64,000 bases of DNA from Patescibacteria group bacterium (GTDB lineage: Bacteria > Patescibacteriota > Kazan-3B-28 > UBA10110), in contig JBAZXK010000002.1 in assembly GCA_041659905.1 (NCBI GenBank), positions 128,593-192,592 of the forward strand, written 5' to 3'. Shown one piece after another: positions 46,911 through 55,337 of this stretch. Below the pieces are notes generated by a model. That model was not told the origin of the DNA and did not search any database. It saw only the letters and a list, made by a program, of their open reading frames with translations. Position 1 is the first letter of the stretch; every line of letters begins with the position of its first letter. A program made the position numbers and the translations under genes.

Positions 46911-48557
46911 ATGAAACGAAAAGCCATCTATCTTGATGCCAGTAATGATCTCTATACCACTATGATGAAAGTGGATCGAATCGATGCGGAAGAAGTGATC
47001 CTAGTGATTCCGCAAAGTTCAGTCTTATTTCACAGCGCGGTTAACTTTAAGATTTTACGGTCGGCGGCCCATCGTCTGCACAAAACTCTGGCCGTGGTGA
47101 CGGCTGATCCAAAGGGTCAGAGCTTGGCTCAACGGGCTGGTCTACCCGCCTACAAGGATGTGGAATTGAATGAGGAAATCGCAACGGCAGCGGTAACGGT
47201 TTCCTCTCCCCCGCTAGTTAATCCTGACGAATTACCAGTTGCGGCGCGGGAAATTAAAATTAAATACAAGCGTAAATTACCCGTGTCTCGGCCTGTGCCG
47301 CCACCGGTAGCCGTAATTACTACAGCGGCCGCAGCAACCAGATCTTCAGAGCGTGAAACTTCTCGTTGGTTGCGGCCTAAGCTAAAACCCAATTTTCTAC
47401 ATCGGCTAACCGTTTTAGGTTGGGTAGCCATCTCGCTGACAGTCTTAGGCTTCGTGATTTATTTAGTAATTCCTAAGGCTACGATTAATTTAGAGATCAG
47501 CGCCGAACCATTTATGCATAAATTCCAATTAGTCTTAGCTGACAAGAATGACAAAGAGGCTGCTGGACAAAATGTTTTTAAAGGGAGGTTTGTGGTTGTA
47601 GAAAAAAAACTTACTCAGACTTTTGCCGCTACTGGCACTAAGAATAATGGTAATAAAGCTGGCGGTATAGTTACGATCTACAACTATACTCGAGCAGTTA
47701 AACCTTTGGGTCTGCGAGCTCAAACTAGACTGCAAGCTCCGGATGGACAGATTTTTAAATTGCAGGACGAGATATTAATTTCCTCAGCCACTGTAGGTGC
47801 TGGTGGGAAGCTGGTTCCGGGTCGAGCTAACGTGAGAGTAGAAGCGGCCGAAGGTGGCACCCAGGGCAATTTAGCGGCTGCCACCAAATTTACTATTCCG
47901 GGACTCGGGACGACCGGCGTAGATATGGTGTATGGCCAAAACGACAATCCCTTCTCGGGAGCCACGGATGAGGAATCAAAAATGATTTCGGAAGAAGATA
48001 TTAAACTAGCTCAAGATTCGATTAGTAAAAATGTCTTTATAGATGCGGAAGCGGAACTCCAAAAACAAATTGGCCGTAAAGAAGAGCTTATCCCAACGCT
48101 AATTAAAAACGATATCATTAACGTAGTTCCCTCGGCGGCAGCTGGCACTGCCCGCGACAATTTTGATTTAGATATCCAAGTGCGCAGTTGGACTCTGCTT
48201 CCTGATAAAGGCCAGTTAGATAAAATCATGCAAAACACCATTAACTCAGTAGTGCCTGCTAACCGCGAACTAACTTCTCCCACGCTCCGGGGAGTTAAAA
48301 TCGTGTTAGGGAATGCTGATTTTAATACTCACATTATTGATTTCACTGTGGATATTGATGGGTCGGTAGCGCCTAAAATTAGCACCGCGGAATTGTCCGA
48401 AAGTTTAGCTAATCGCAGCCTAAAAAGTGTAGAAGCCCTTTTCAATAGTATCCCAGATATTATTTCTCATCGGATAACTTTGTGGCCATTCTGGGTAAAA
48501 AAAATGCCTTTGTTGGAGAGCAATATTAAGATCGACTTCTCGTATATTAATCAGTAA
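46911..48557 (+). CDS. Hypothetical bitopic membrane protein
   Basis: 548 aa, single TM (~aa 165-185), large C-terminal extracytoplasmic domain; immediately follows the FtsA/PilM-like gene. Confidence 0.5.
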   Translation: MKRKAIYLDASNDLYTTMMKVDRIDAEEVILVIPQSSVLFHSAVNFKILRSAAHRLHKTLAVVTADPKGQSLAQRAGLPAYKDVELNEEIATAAVTVSSPPLVNPDELPVAAREIKIKYKRKLPVSRPVPPPVAVITTAAAATRSSERETSRWLRPKLKPNFLHRLTVLGWVAISLTVLGFVIYLVIPKATINLEISAEPFMHKFQLVLADKNDKEAAGQNVFKGRFVVVEKKLTQTFAATGTKNNGNKAGGIVTIYNYTRAVKPLGLRAQTRLQAPDGQIFKLQDEILISSATVGAGGKLVPGRANVRVEAAEGGTQGNLAAATKFTIPGLGTTGVDMVYGQNDNPFSGATDEESKMISEEDIKLAQDSISKNVFIDAEAELQKQIGRKEELIPTLIKNDIINVVPSAAAGTARDNFDLDIQVRSWTLLPDKGQLDKIMQNTINSVVPANRELTSPTLRGVKIVLGNADFNTHIIDFTVDIDGSVAPKISTAELSESLANRSLKSVEALFNSIPDIISHRITLWPFWVKKMPLLESNIKIDFSYINQ

Positions 48558-48573
48558 TATTTTTTTGGAATAA

Positions 48574-48981
48574 ATGCGCGTCTTAAGTATAGATTTAGGT
48601 AGAAAAAGAATTGGGGTGGCCTTGGGCGATACGGAAAATTATGTCGTTGTGGGTTTGCCGACACTGACCAACAATAAAGATTTATTGGATAAGCTAAAAG
48701 AAATTATCGTGCGAGAAAATATTCAAAAGTTAATCATCGGCTGGCCAAAAACTATGAGCGGACAAAACGGCGAACAAACTAATTACACGCAGCAATGGGG
48801 CGATCGGATCAAACGTATTTTGCATATCGATGTGGAATATATTGATGAAAGATTGAGCAGTAAAATGGCGCGCGATAGCTTGGAGAGTCTCGGCGGCAGT
48901 TTGAAGAAAGAGGATATTGACCAAGCCGCGGCTGTGTTGATTTTGCAGGGTTACCTCGACCGGCCCAAAAACTCGATTTGA
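48574..48981 (+). CDS. ruvX: Putative pre-16S rRNA nuclease / Holliday-junction resolvase-like YqgF (RuvX)
   Basis: MRVLSIDLGRKRIGVALGD RNase H-like start typical of YqgF. Confidence 0.8.
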   Translation: MRVLSIDLGRKRIGVALGDTENYVVVGLPTLTNNKDLLDKLKEIIVRENIQKLIIGWPKTMSGQNGEQTNYTQQWGDRIKRILHIDVEYIDERLSSKMARDSLESLGGSLKKEDIDQAAAVLILQGYLDRPKNSI

Positions 48982-49033
48982 CAGCCTTGGGAGAGTGTTT
49001 TAAAATCAAGGTAGTTATCCAAAGGGAGGTAAA

Positions 49034-49306
49034 ATGAATAAGTCGCAGATAGTTGAATTGATCGCCCGTAAAGCCAATGTGTCCAAAAAAACTGCCACGC
49101 AAACGATGGACATTTTTGTGAATGCCGTCAAAAGTAATTTGGCAGCCGGTAAGAGTGTGACCATCACCGGTTTCGGGACTTTCAGTGTTAGTGCTCGTGC
49201 GGCTCGCAATGGGGTCAATCCCCAGACTGGGAAGCCTATCAGAATCCCACAGTCCCGGGTGCCTCGCTTCAAGTCGGGCAAATCATTGCGGTCACTGATC
49301 CACTAA
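49034..49306 (+). CDS. hup: DNA-binding protein HU
   Basis: MNKSQIVELIA...FGTFSVSARAARNGVNPQTGKPIRIP matches the HU/IHF fold; RBS aaagggaggt upstream. Confidence 0.9.
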   Translation: MNKSQIVELIARKANVSKKTATQTMDIFVNAVKSNLAAGKSVTITGFGTFSVSARAARNGVNPQTGKPIRIPQSRVPRFKSGKSLRSLIH

Positions 49307-49404
49307 TCAAGCTTGGGTAACACCCTATAAAAGACTAATCGCGGGTGCCGGTTTTGGCTCCCTCGAGGTTTTCCTGTAAAGTTAATATTGTAATGCCGAA
49401 CGAT

Positions 49405-49478
49405 GCGGGTATCGTATAGTGGCAATACCCCAGTTTTCCAAACTGGCGCCGGGGGTCCGATTCCCCCTACCCGCTCCA
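49405..49478 (+). tRNA. tRNA-Gly (anticodon TCC), CCA encoded
   Basis: Manual cloverleaf: acceptor gcgggta/tacccgc, D-stem gtat/atac, anticodon stem ccagt/actgg with loop ttTCCaa, T-arm ggggg-tccgatt-ccccc, CCA. Confidence 0.85.
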
Positions 49479-49639
49479 GCGTCGCGGTGGACTCCGCTTT
49501 ATCGCCTCACTATGCGTAAGGCTCATAAACGCTTTGTCACCACTCCTCTCCAAATTACAAACAGGTCTGCGACCTTCAGTTTGCGATTTGGGTGGGGAAA
49601 GAGATAGCGCACCGGTTTAGGCCAGTTTAATTAAAATTC

Positions 49640-50137
49640 ATGGTTGATCCTAATACTATTCATGATCGGTTAATTAACCTGCTTGATATCAATCAGGTCG
49701 AGTACAAACTCTTTAACCATCCGGCAGCATTGACTTATGAAGATTTAGCTGCAGTCCAGAAATCAACTGGTTTCTTTGGGACCGAGGCCAAATGTATGGT
49801 ATTAAAGGTAAGCGATAAGTTTATCGTCTATATCACATTGCAAGGCAGTCGGGTTAATTTCAACGCCGTGAAGACAGAATTAGGAGGAGCTAAAGTTCGG
49901 CTGGCCACTGCCGAGGAATTAGCCGAATATTTTGGTGCCCAACCCGGTTGTGCTTACCCATTTGCTTTTGACTCCCAATACGACATTTATGTAGATCCTA
50001 AGATATACGAGCAGGAATGGCTCTTATTTAGTCCCGTTTTACCTACCGAGACAATCCAAGCTAAAGGAGAAGATCTAAGGAGAGTATGGGCCTCTCTAGA
50101 TAATCAGGTCTCGGAAGTAATAAATTTCAATCAGTAA
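49640..50137 (+). CDS. YbaK/ProX-like aminoacyl-tRNA deacylase domain protein
   Basis: 165 aa; family-level resemblance to YbaK/prolyl-tRNA-synthetase-associated editing domains. Confidence 0.45.
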   Translation: MVDPNTIHDRLINLLDINQVEYKLFNHPAALTYEDLAAVQKSTGFFGTEAKCMVLKVSDKFIVYITLQGSRVNFNAVKTELGGAKVRLATAEELAEYFGAQPGCAYPFAFDSQYDIYVDPKIYEQEWLLFSPVLPTETIQAKGEDLRRVWASLDNQVSEVINFNQ

Positions 50138-50215
50138 CCATATCAGTCAAAAACTTGGGGATAAGTGATTAGGTTAAATCTGGGGTTTATTACGCCTAGA
50201 GCTGACTTTTAATTA

Positions 50216-50244
50216 TTGACAGTCCCGTTTTTTTATGATATAAT
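50216..50244 (+). promoter_or_regulatory. Consensus sigma70 promoter (TTGACA-17-TATAAT)
   Basis: ttgaca 50216-50221, 17 nt spacer, tataat 50239-50244; upstream of 50289 CDS. Confidence 0.6.
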
Positions 50245-50288
50245 AGTTATTAACAGGCAAGCCAAATAAAAATCAAAAAACAAACCAA

Positions 50289-50651
50289 ATGATGTTTAAT
50301 AAGCTAAAACGAGTTCTGCTTGAGTCGGGCTATCGGGTAATCCTGACGAGCAATGTCTCTCAAAGTCCGAAAAAGGGCTTTGCCCGGGGCATCAAGGGTT
50401 ATATCGTACCGGATGACCTGACGATTTACATCAATAAGAATATTGGAGTAAATGATCGGGTGATTACTTTGGTACACGAATTATTGCACGAGATTTACCC
50501 AGCTTGGACAGAAGGCAAAGTTAATCAAACCTCTAAAAGAATTTTTCAAAAGCTAACTGTTCCCCAACTGGGTTTCCTCCAGTTTTTTATCATGGTGCCA
50601 ACCGAAATTAGAGCAATGCTCCGTTCCAACAACCTGTCTTCTGTCTGCTAA
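50289..50651 (+). CDS. Hypothetical protein
   Basis: 120 aa ORF downstream of a consensus promoter. Confidence 0.45.
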   Translation: MMFNKLKRVLLESGYRVILTSNVSQSPKKGFARGIKGYIVPDDLTIYINKNIGVNDRVITLVHELLHEIYPAWTEGKVNQTSKRIFQKLTVPQLGFLQFFIMVPTEIRAMLRSNNLSSVC

Positions 50652-50883
50652 AACAATATACTCAAAATGGTGGATGAGCTCTGGCGCCGTGGACAGAGCT
50701 TTTTTATTTTTTCCAATCGTCATTCCGGTAAGTCCGCTTTGCGGACGCATCCAGAATCGTATAATAATAAATCTATACGATCCTGGACGAAGCCAGCCTG
50801 CCTGCCGGTAGGCAGGGACGACAATATAAGGAAAACATTGTCGCTTAAGGTATATTGATATTAGTTGAAAAATTGATTATTGT

Positions 50884-50958
50884 GCCCCTGTAGTTCAATG
50901 GACAGAACAAGAGACTTCTAATCTCTCGATCGAGGTTCGATCCCTCGCGGGGGCGCCA
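50884..50958 (+). tRNA. tRNA-Arg (anticodon TCT), CCA encoded
   Basis: Acceptor gcccctg/cgggggc, D-arm gttc-aatggaca-gaac, anticodon loop ctTCTaa, T-arm cgagg-ttcgatc-cctcg. Confidence 0.85.
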
Positions 50959-51036
50959 TCCCAGTCCCGTGTTGTATAACACAGGACGGGATGAGTCCTG
51001 CATCGCATGGTGCAGGGCCAGGCGTGAATTAACATG

Positions 51037-51111
51037 GTGGGCGTAGCTCAACGGCAGAGCATCTGTTTGTGGAACAGATGGTTATGGGTTCGAATCCCAT
51101 CGTCCACCCCA
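51037..51111 (+). tRNA. tRNA-His (anticodon GTG) with encoded G-1 and CCA
   Basis: G-1 + gtgggcg acceptor pairing with cgtccac, anticodon loop ttGTGga, T-arm atggg-ttcgaat-cccat; a hairpin spacer separates it from tRNA-Arg. Confidence 0.85.
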
Positions 51112-51121
51112 CAAAAATTTT

Positions 51122-51613
51122 ATGGATATACGGATTAGACTAATTGAAGAAGCTGAATTAGAGTCTGTCAGCCAAGTCTTTACCGAAGCATTTAATAATG
51201 CCGGCGTCGGAGAGAACTGGAGTGTAGAGCGGGCTATCAAGTATTTAAGATATTTATATCAACATCAGCCTGATCTGTTTTTTATTGCGGAAGCCGAAGG
51301 AGAAATTGTGGGGGGTGTAGCCGGAGTGATCAGGACATGGGGAACCGGTAATTATTTGGGTGAGTGGGAATTATTTGTGAAGCCGGAATATCAGAAACAA
51401 GGGATAGCTGCCAAACTGCTAACTAATATTGTGCGCAGTGCTATTGATAACCACGCCATAACCATGTTTAGTGGATTAGCTTTTAGCGGCAAGGCATTTC
51501 CGATGGAGTGGTACAAACAGATAGGTTTTCATCCCTCCGGCTGGGTGCATATCGAAGCTGATGCGAAAGAGCTGTTAAGTAATCTTATTGCTGATCATGG
51601 CCAAAATCAATAA
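51122..51613 (+). CDS. GNAT-family N-acetyltransferase
   Basis: 163 aa; acetyl-CoA binding region (QKQGIAAKLLTNIV) typical of GNAT. Confidence 0.65.
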   Translation: MDIRIRLIEEAELESVSQVFTEAFNNAGVGENWSVERAIKYLRYLYQHQPDLFFIAEAEGEIVGGVAGVIRTWGTGNYLGEWELFVKPEYQKQGIAAKLLTNIVRSAIDNHAITMFSGLAFSGKAFPMEWYKQIGFHPSGWVHIEADAKELLSNLIADHGQNQ

Positions 51614-52001
51614 ATCTAAATTCAGCGAAGCGGTGCATAAATTGGTTAGAGCTATTCCGCAAGGCAAGGTGATGACTTACGGACAGGTGGCGGCGTGTTT
51701 GGGGTACCCCCGAGCGGCCCAGTATGTCGGCTGGGTGCTACATTGGTCGGATTTTAATGATGTCCCCTACCAGCGGGTGGTGAATCGGTTTGGCGGGCTG
51801 GCTTCTGGCTATACACGCGGCGGACAGCTGGCCCACAAATTTGATTTAGAAGAAGAAGAAGGGATTAAAGTGCGCGATGATTTTACGATTGATTTGGAAA
51901 AGTACCTGTGGCAGCCGCCGCAGAAGCTGATTCCCAGACTAGATAATGTTACACTATTGGAGGAGCTGCCTTTCTCTGCTAGATTAGTTGGGAAACAGTA
52001 A
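51600..52001 (+). CDS. Alkyltransferase-like (ATL) protein / MGMT-family DNA-binding domain without active-site Cys
   Basis: YGQVAACLGYPRAAQYVGWVL resembles the Ada/Ogt C-terminal domain, but PRAAQ replaces PCHRV; probable start MAKINKSKF at 51600 (the listed ORF begins at 51588). Confidence 0.6.
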   Translation, partial: AKINKSKFSEAVHKLVRAIPQGKVMTYGQVAACLGYPRAAQYVGWVLHWSDFNDVPYQRVVNRFGGLASGYTRGGQLAHKFDLEEEEGIKVRDDFTIDLEKYLWQPPQKLIPRLDNVTLLEELPFSARLVGKQ

Positions 52002-52071
52002 CTTTTAGTAATTGGTCAATTGAGAATTGGGAATGGGTTAAATTAGGTAATTACGCCGTTAGGCGTTATAT

Positions 52072-52146
52072 GCCCTCGTAGTTCAATGGACAGAACGTAG
52101 GATTCCGGATCCTAAGGTGTAGGTTCGATTCCTACCGAGGGTACCA
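52072..52146 (+). tRNA. tRNA-Arg (anticodon CCG), CCA encoded
   Basis: Acceptor gccctcg/cgagggt (terminal G-U), D-arm gttc-aatggaca-gaac, anticodon loop ttCCGga, T-arm gtagg-ttcgatt-cctac. Confidence 0.8.
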
Positions 52147-52213
52147 AGTTTGATAAGAGTTCACCTGTGAGCGAAACCATAAAAGGATTGCCCAAGTTTT
52201 TAAAGTCTCTGTT

Positions 52214-53290
52214 ATGAATGATCAGAAAGTTGTTCTAGAAAAAACTTTTTCTAGAAAGTATAACCTATTCGGAGGTTATATGTGGTATCAGGCCGACTGT
52301 GTGCAAAATGAATATATTCTGGGATTTGATTTAAATCACTCTTTAACTATTTTTCCAAAAGAGGGACCCACGACGTGCTGGTACTATACCGATGAAATTG
52401 CGCATGCTATAGAGCTGATTGTTGCCAAATCAAATTCCGATCCCCTGTTTTGGGAGAACGTCAAAAAAGACTTCTATTTTTACTGGAATAAGATTCTTCC
52501 TTATTTAAAAAAAGACAAAACCATCCAAAACCTAGAAGAACTCAAAAATTATTACTCCACAGCAATTAAATTTTATGGTCCAGATAGTATAGTCATTGTT
52601 TCTCCGGGTGCAGCTGCTCTAGGGGATAATTTTAAAGAAATTGCCCAAAGCTTGAGAAATGAATCACATTATTTTGTGAATAACGTCCCTGATGTTTATG
52701 CAGATTATTTTTGTTCGGCTTATCCTCAATACAAAAAGATTGTAGATGTTTTATTGCCAGAAGAGGTGTTTAACATAGACAAAATTACTCCTGAAATTAT
52801 TGCCGAAGCTGAGAAACGAGCCCAAGAAGGATGTTTTTTGCTAAATGGAAGGCCGTATTGCCTATCAGAATTGAATCAAGTATTAGCAACGAATGGGTAT
52901 GAGTTAAAGGATCCTAGCCAAATTTCTGAGGCGGATCAACGATCTAGTCTGGCGATTAAAGGAGTAGTCGCTCATCCAGGAATCGTTACGGGGCGCGTAT
53001 CTAAAGTAATGTATTACCAAGACATCGGTAAGGTAAAGGAAGGTGATATTTTAGTATCCCCAATGACTATGCCTAAATTCTTACCGGCTATGAGAAAAGC
53101 CGCTGCTTTTATTACTGATGAAGGAGGTATCACTTGCCATGCAGCTATAATCGCTCGGGAACTAAGCAAGCCCTGCATAATAGGTACTAAAGTTGCTACT
53201 AGCCTTTTAGAAGATGGGGATCTAGTTAAAGTCGATGCGGTCAAGGGGGAAGTGATAATAATCGAAAAGACTCACGTTGAGATCAGTTAA
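52214..53290 (+). CDS. Protein with C-terminal PEP-utilising-enzyme mobile (phosphohistidine swivel) domain
   Basis: C-terminus ITDEGGITCHAAIIARELSKPCIIGT matches the PEP-utilizers swivel domain with a conserved His; N-terminal 250 aa has no recognisable ATP-grasp/PEP-binding domain. Confidence 0.6.
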   Translation: MNDQKVVLEKTFSRKYNLFGGYMWYQADCVQNEYILGFDLNHSLTIFPKEGPTTCWYYTDEIAHAIELIVAKSNSDPLFWENVKKDFYFYWNKILPYLKKDKTIQNLEELKNYYSTAIKFYGPDSIVIVSPGAAALGDNFKEIAQSLRNESHYFVNNVPDVYADYFCSAYPQYKKIVDVLLPEEVFNIDKITPEIIAEAEKRAQEGCFLLNGRPYCLSELNQVLATNGYELKDPSQISEADQRSSLAIKGVVAHPGIVTGRVSKVMYYQDIGKVKEGDILVSPMTMPKFLPAMRKAAAFITDEGGITCHAAIIARELSKPCIIGTKVATSLLEDGDLVKVDAVKGEVIIIEKTHVEIS

Positions 53291-53425
53291 ACCGACAGAT
53301 GGCAGCATAGATTAACAGAAAAAATTCTGTTGGGTTATTATTAGCTGGCTACAGTGGACAACAGGTGGTCAAAAAGCTACAATTCACAAGTAGAAAGACA
53401 TTAGCATCAACTTCTAGAAGTATCT

Positions 53426-53500
53426 GGGTTGTTAGCTCAATGGTAGAGCAGCTGCCTCTTAAGCAGTTGGTTACAGGTTCGAATCCTGTACAGCCCACCA
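53426..53500 (+). tRNA. tRNA-Lys (anticodon CTT), CCA encoded
   Basis: Acceptor gggttgt/acagccc, D-arm gctc-aatggta-gagc, anticodon loop ctCTTaa, T-arm acagg-ttcgaat-cctgt. Confidence 0.85.
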
Positions 53501-53501
53501 C

Positions 53502-53576
53502 GGCGCCATCGTCTAGAGGTTAGGACGCCAGGTTTTCATCCTGGTAACCGGGGTTCGATTCCCCGTGGCGCTACCA
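53502..53576 (+). tRNA. tRNA-Glu (anticodon TTC), CCA encoded
   Basis: Acceptor ggcgcca/tggcgct, D-arm gtct-agaggtta-ggac (Glu-typical), anticodon loop ttTTCat, T-arm cgggg-ttcgatt-ccccg. Confidence 0.85.
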
Positions 53577-53745
53577 AAAAACTGGTATTCATGATCTATG
53601 GATAACAGTTTTTTGGTAATGTTATTTGGGGAGTCGAACCGTGGGAAAGGGGTCGGGAAAACGGGAGTTTTCCCGCAGTGGAGGCAGACCGCTTACAAAG
53701 CGGTCGTCGGAACCGCAAGGGTCCGAGGAGCCCCGATCTAACATC

Positions 53746-53790
53746 GGGGCGACGGGTTCTAGCGTAGCGGATTCCCCGTGGCGCTACCAT
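53746..53790 (+). other. Degenerate partial tRNA-Glu copy (pseudo-tRNA / att-like direct repeat of the tRNA-Glu 3-prime end)
   Basis: ggcgacg-g-gttctagcgtagcgg-attccccgtggcgctacca: the last 20 nt are identical to the 3-prime end of tRNA-Glu (53557-53576); a D-arm-like segment is present; the anticodon arm is missing. Confidence 0.6.
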
Positions 53791-53940
53791 AGTTCGATAA
53801 GCTCACATTCCTATGGTGGTTTTGTTGAACCGGTAATGCACGGAGAGTATTAATGCATTGCCTAAAGTTTTATAGAAAGAAAATAGCTCATCACCCATTC
53901 AGGCAAGGAGCTATTTTTTCGCTTAAATTGCAAGGAAGAG

Positions 53941-54687
53941 CTAGTCGTAGCCTACGAAGCTCAGCTGAAGGGATATCTCGAGCTTGTTGCCTGGCTTCAG
54001 GAATTTGCCCTTATCTGCGTCCTGATACCTATCAGGGGACTGAAGAACCGGTTCCACGCAGAAGTACTTGGTTGGTTCGTCACTCCAGAGAGTAAGGATC
54101 GAGTCTGTGTCAAACGATCCCAAAAGTTCCATACGAACCGTTTTCTCGCCAGACCTAATCAGGATCGGATCTGCTGCTGGAATTCTGGCCGACTTCAAAG
54201 GAAATTCGCTAATTACCTTTTCGCCGACCCGTGCAAGGGAGTGCGCAACTGCATATGCGCGTGGATCACTGATGAAATAGGGATGAAACCCTGGGTTTAC
54301 TGGAGTGTCGTAGTGCTCGCCATCGTCTATCCTTTCTACCTCCAAATTGATTGTCAGGGCATCCTCGGACCGCATCAAGATGCTAACCCTATATTTCAGT
54401 AACCATTCGAACGACGTTGTCTTCTCGTTCTGACCAACGAGCACGACGTGGTCTTCCTCCTGTTTAGCCACCTCCAGTGTCTGATGTCTGAGCCAGCCGT
54501 GTTTGGGGATGGTTTCGAAGGGGCTAGACCCAAAAAATGGGAAAGTTATCGGAATGCCGCCTCGAGACTTATCTCCCATCTTCTGCTCTGGAAAAATAAG
54601 ATCTTTTCCATTATGTACCCATCGCACGACGGTTCCTCCAACTTCAGAAACGATTGCGCAGGAATCTTTGCTGCCGATACGAATCAT
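53941..54687 (-). CDS. Aldose 1-epimerase family protein (mutarotase-like)
   Basis: GGIPITFPFFG and the overall beta-sandwich mutarotase pattern; plus-strand ORFs overlapping it are shadows. A hairpin terminator lies at 53881-53916. Confidence 0.65.
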   Translation of the reverse strand: MIRIGSKDSCAIVSEVGGTVVRWVHNGKDLIFPEQKMGDKSRGGIPITFPFFGSSPFETIPKHGWLRHQTLEVAKQEEDHVVLVGQNEKTTSFEWLLKYRVSILMRSEDALTINLEVERIDDGEHYDTPVNPGFHPYFISDPRAYAVAHSLARVGEKVISEFPLKSARIPAADPILIRSGEKTVRMELLGSFDTDSILTLWSDEPTKYFCVEPVLQSPDRYQDADKGKFLKPGNKLEISLQLSFVGYD

Positions 54688-55038
54688 GACTAAATCCTCC
54701 TTAAAAGGGCATGATTTTTCGAATAGGCACTTGCCCAGTTCGATATTAGAGAGTACTTCAAAACACGAAAAAAGTAAATCGTTTATTCAAAGCCACATTT
54801 TTCTTATACAAAAACCAGGCTTGATAGAGCCTTGTTGTGAATTTATATGCCGAGAAAGAATCGAACCCATAAAAGCGTCTTGAGGACTTTTTTAGTGGCT
54901 TCGAACCTGCTGGGCCCCTAACCTGCTGACCTGCTATGAAAATAGTTGACAGCAAAAAATACTATGCTAAATTAGCGTTATGCCTAAAAATTGTTTAGGT
55001 GATTATATCAAGAACTTTATTAATAAATCGGAGGAAAA

Positions 55039-55230
55039 ATGAACGACGATTTTGATATGACCGGCGGTGTTGTGCCGGCAGATGATGAGGAGAAGGATTT
55101 GGAAGAAGAAGGCGTAAAGCCTGAAGTAAAGGAAGATGAAGACGAGTGGGACGATGAGGAAGAAGAGGTTAGTGTAGAGGATGAAGCTGAGAAGGAAAAA
55201 GAAGAAGATAAAGAAGAACCAGAGTTTTAA
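55039..55230 (+). CDS. Small highly acidic (D/E-rich) protein
   Basis: 63 aa, >50% Asp/Glu; RBS ggagg at 55028-55032; a putative promoter ttgaca(54934)-16-taaatt upstream. Confidence 0.45.
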   Translation: MNDDFDMTGGVVPADDEEKDLEEEGVKPEVKEDEDEWDDEEEEVSVEDEAEKEKEEDKEEPEF

Positions 55231-55337
55231 TTAAACAGTCAGTTTATTAGGTATTATCAATGGCGCCTCGATGGATATCGGGGTGCTTTTGTATGTAAAA
55301 CGGGTGCTATACTAAAAAGAGCTAAAATGTTCTAAAT

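Noticed and set aside
49419-49607. 62 aa ORF overlapping tRNA-Gly
   Set aside because: It overlaps a well-folded tRNA and its processing spacer, so it is not credible as a protein-coding gene.
53620-53790. tmRNA, two-piece tmRNA, or SRP/6S RNA in the GC-rich spacer after tRNA-Glu
   Set aside because: The acceptor-like 3-prime end copies tRNA-Glu, not the tRNA-Ala-like G3-U70 end required for tmRNA. There is no ANDENYALAA-type tag frame, no GGAAGGAAGCAGC SRP helix-8 signature, and the 5-prime and 3-prime ends are direct rather than complementary repeats.
54838-54930. Possible minus-strand tRNA (T-loop-like ggttcgattc and ggttcgaagcc)
   Set aside because: The flanking bases do not form T-stems or an acceptor stem, and there is no CCA or discriminator context. 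It is treated only as possible decayed tRNA-derived sequence.
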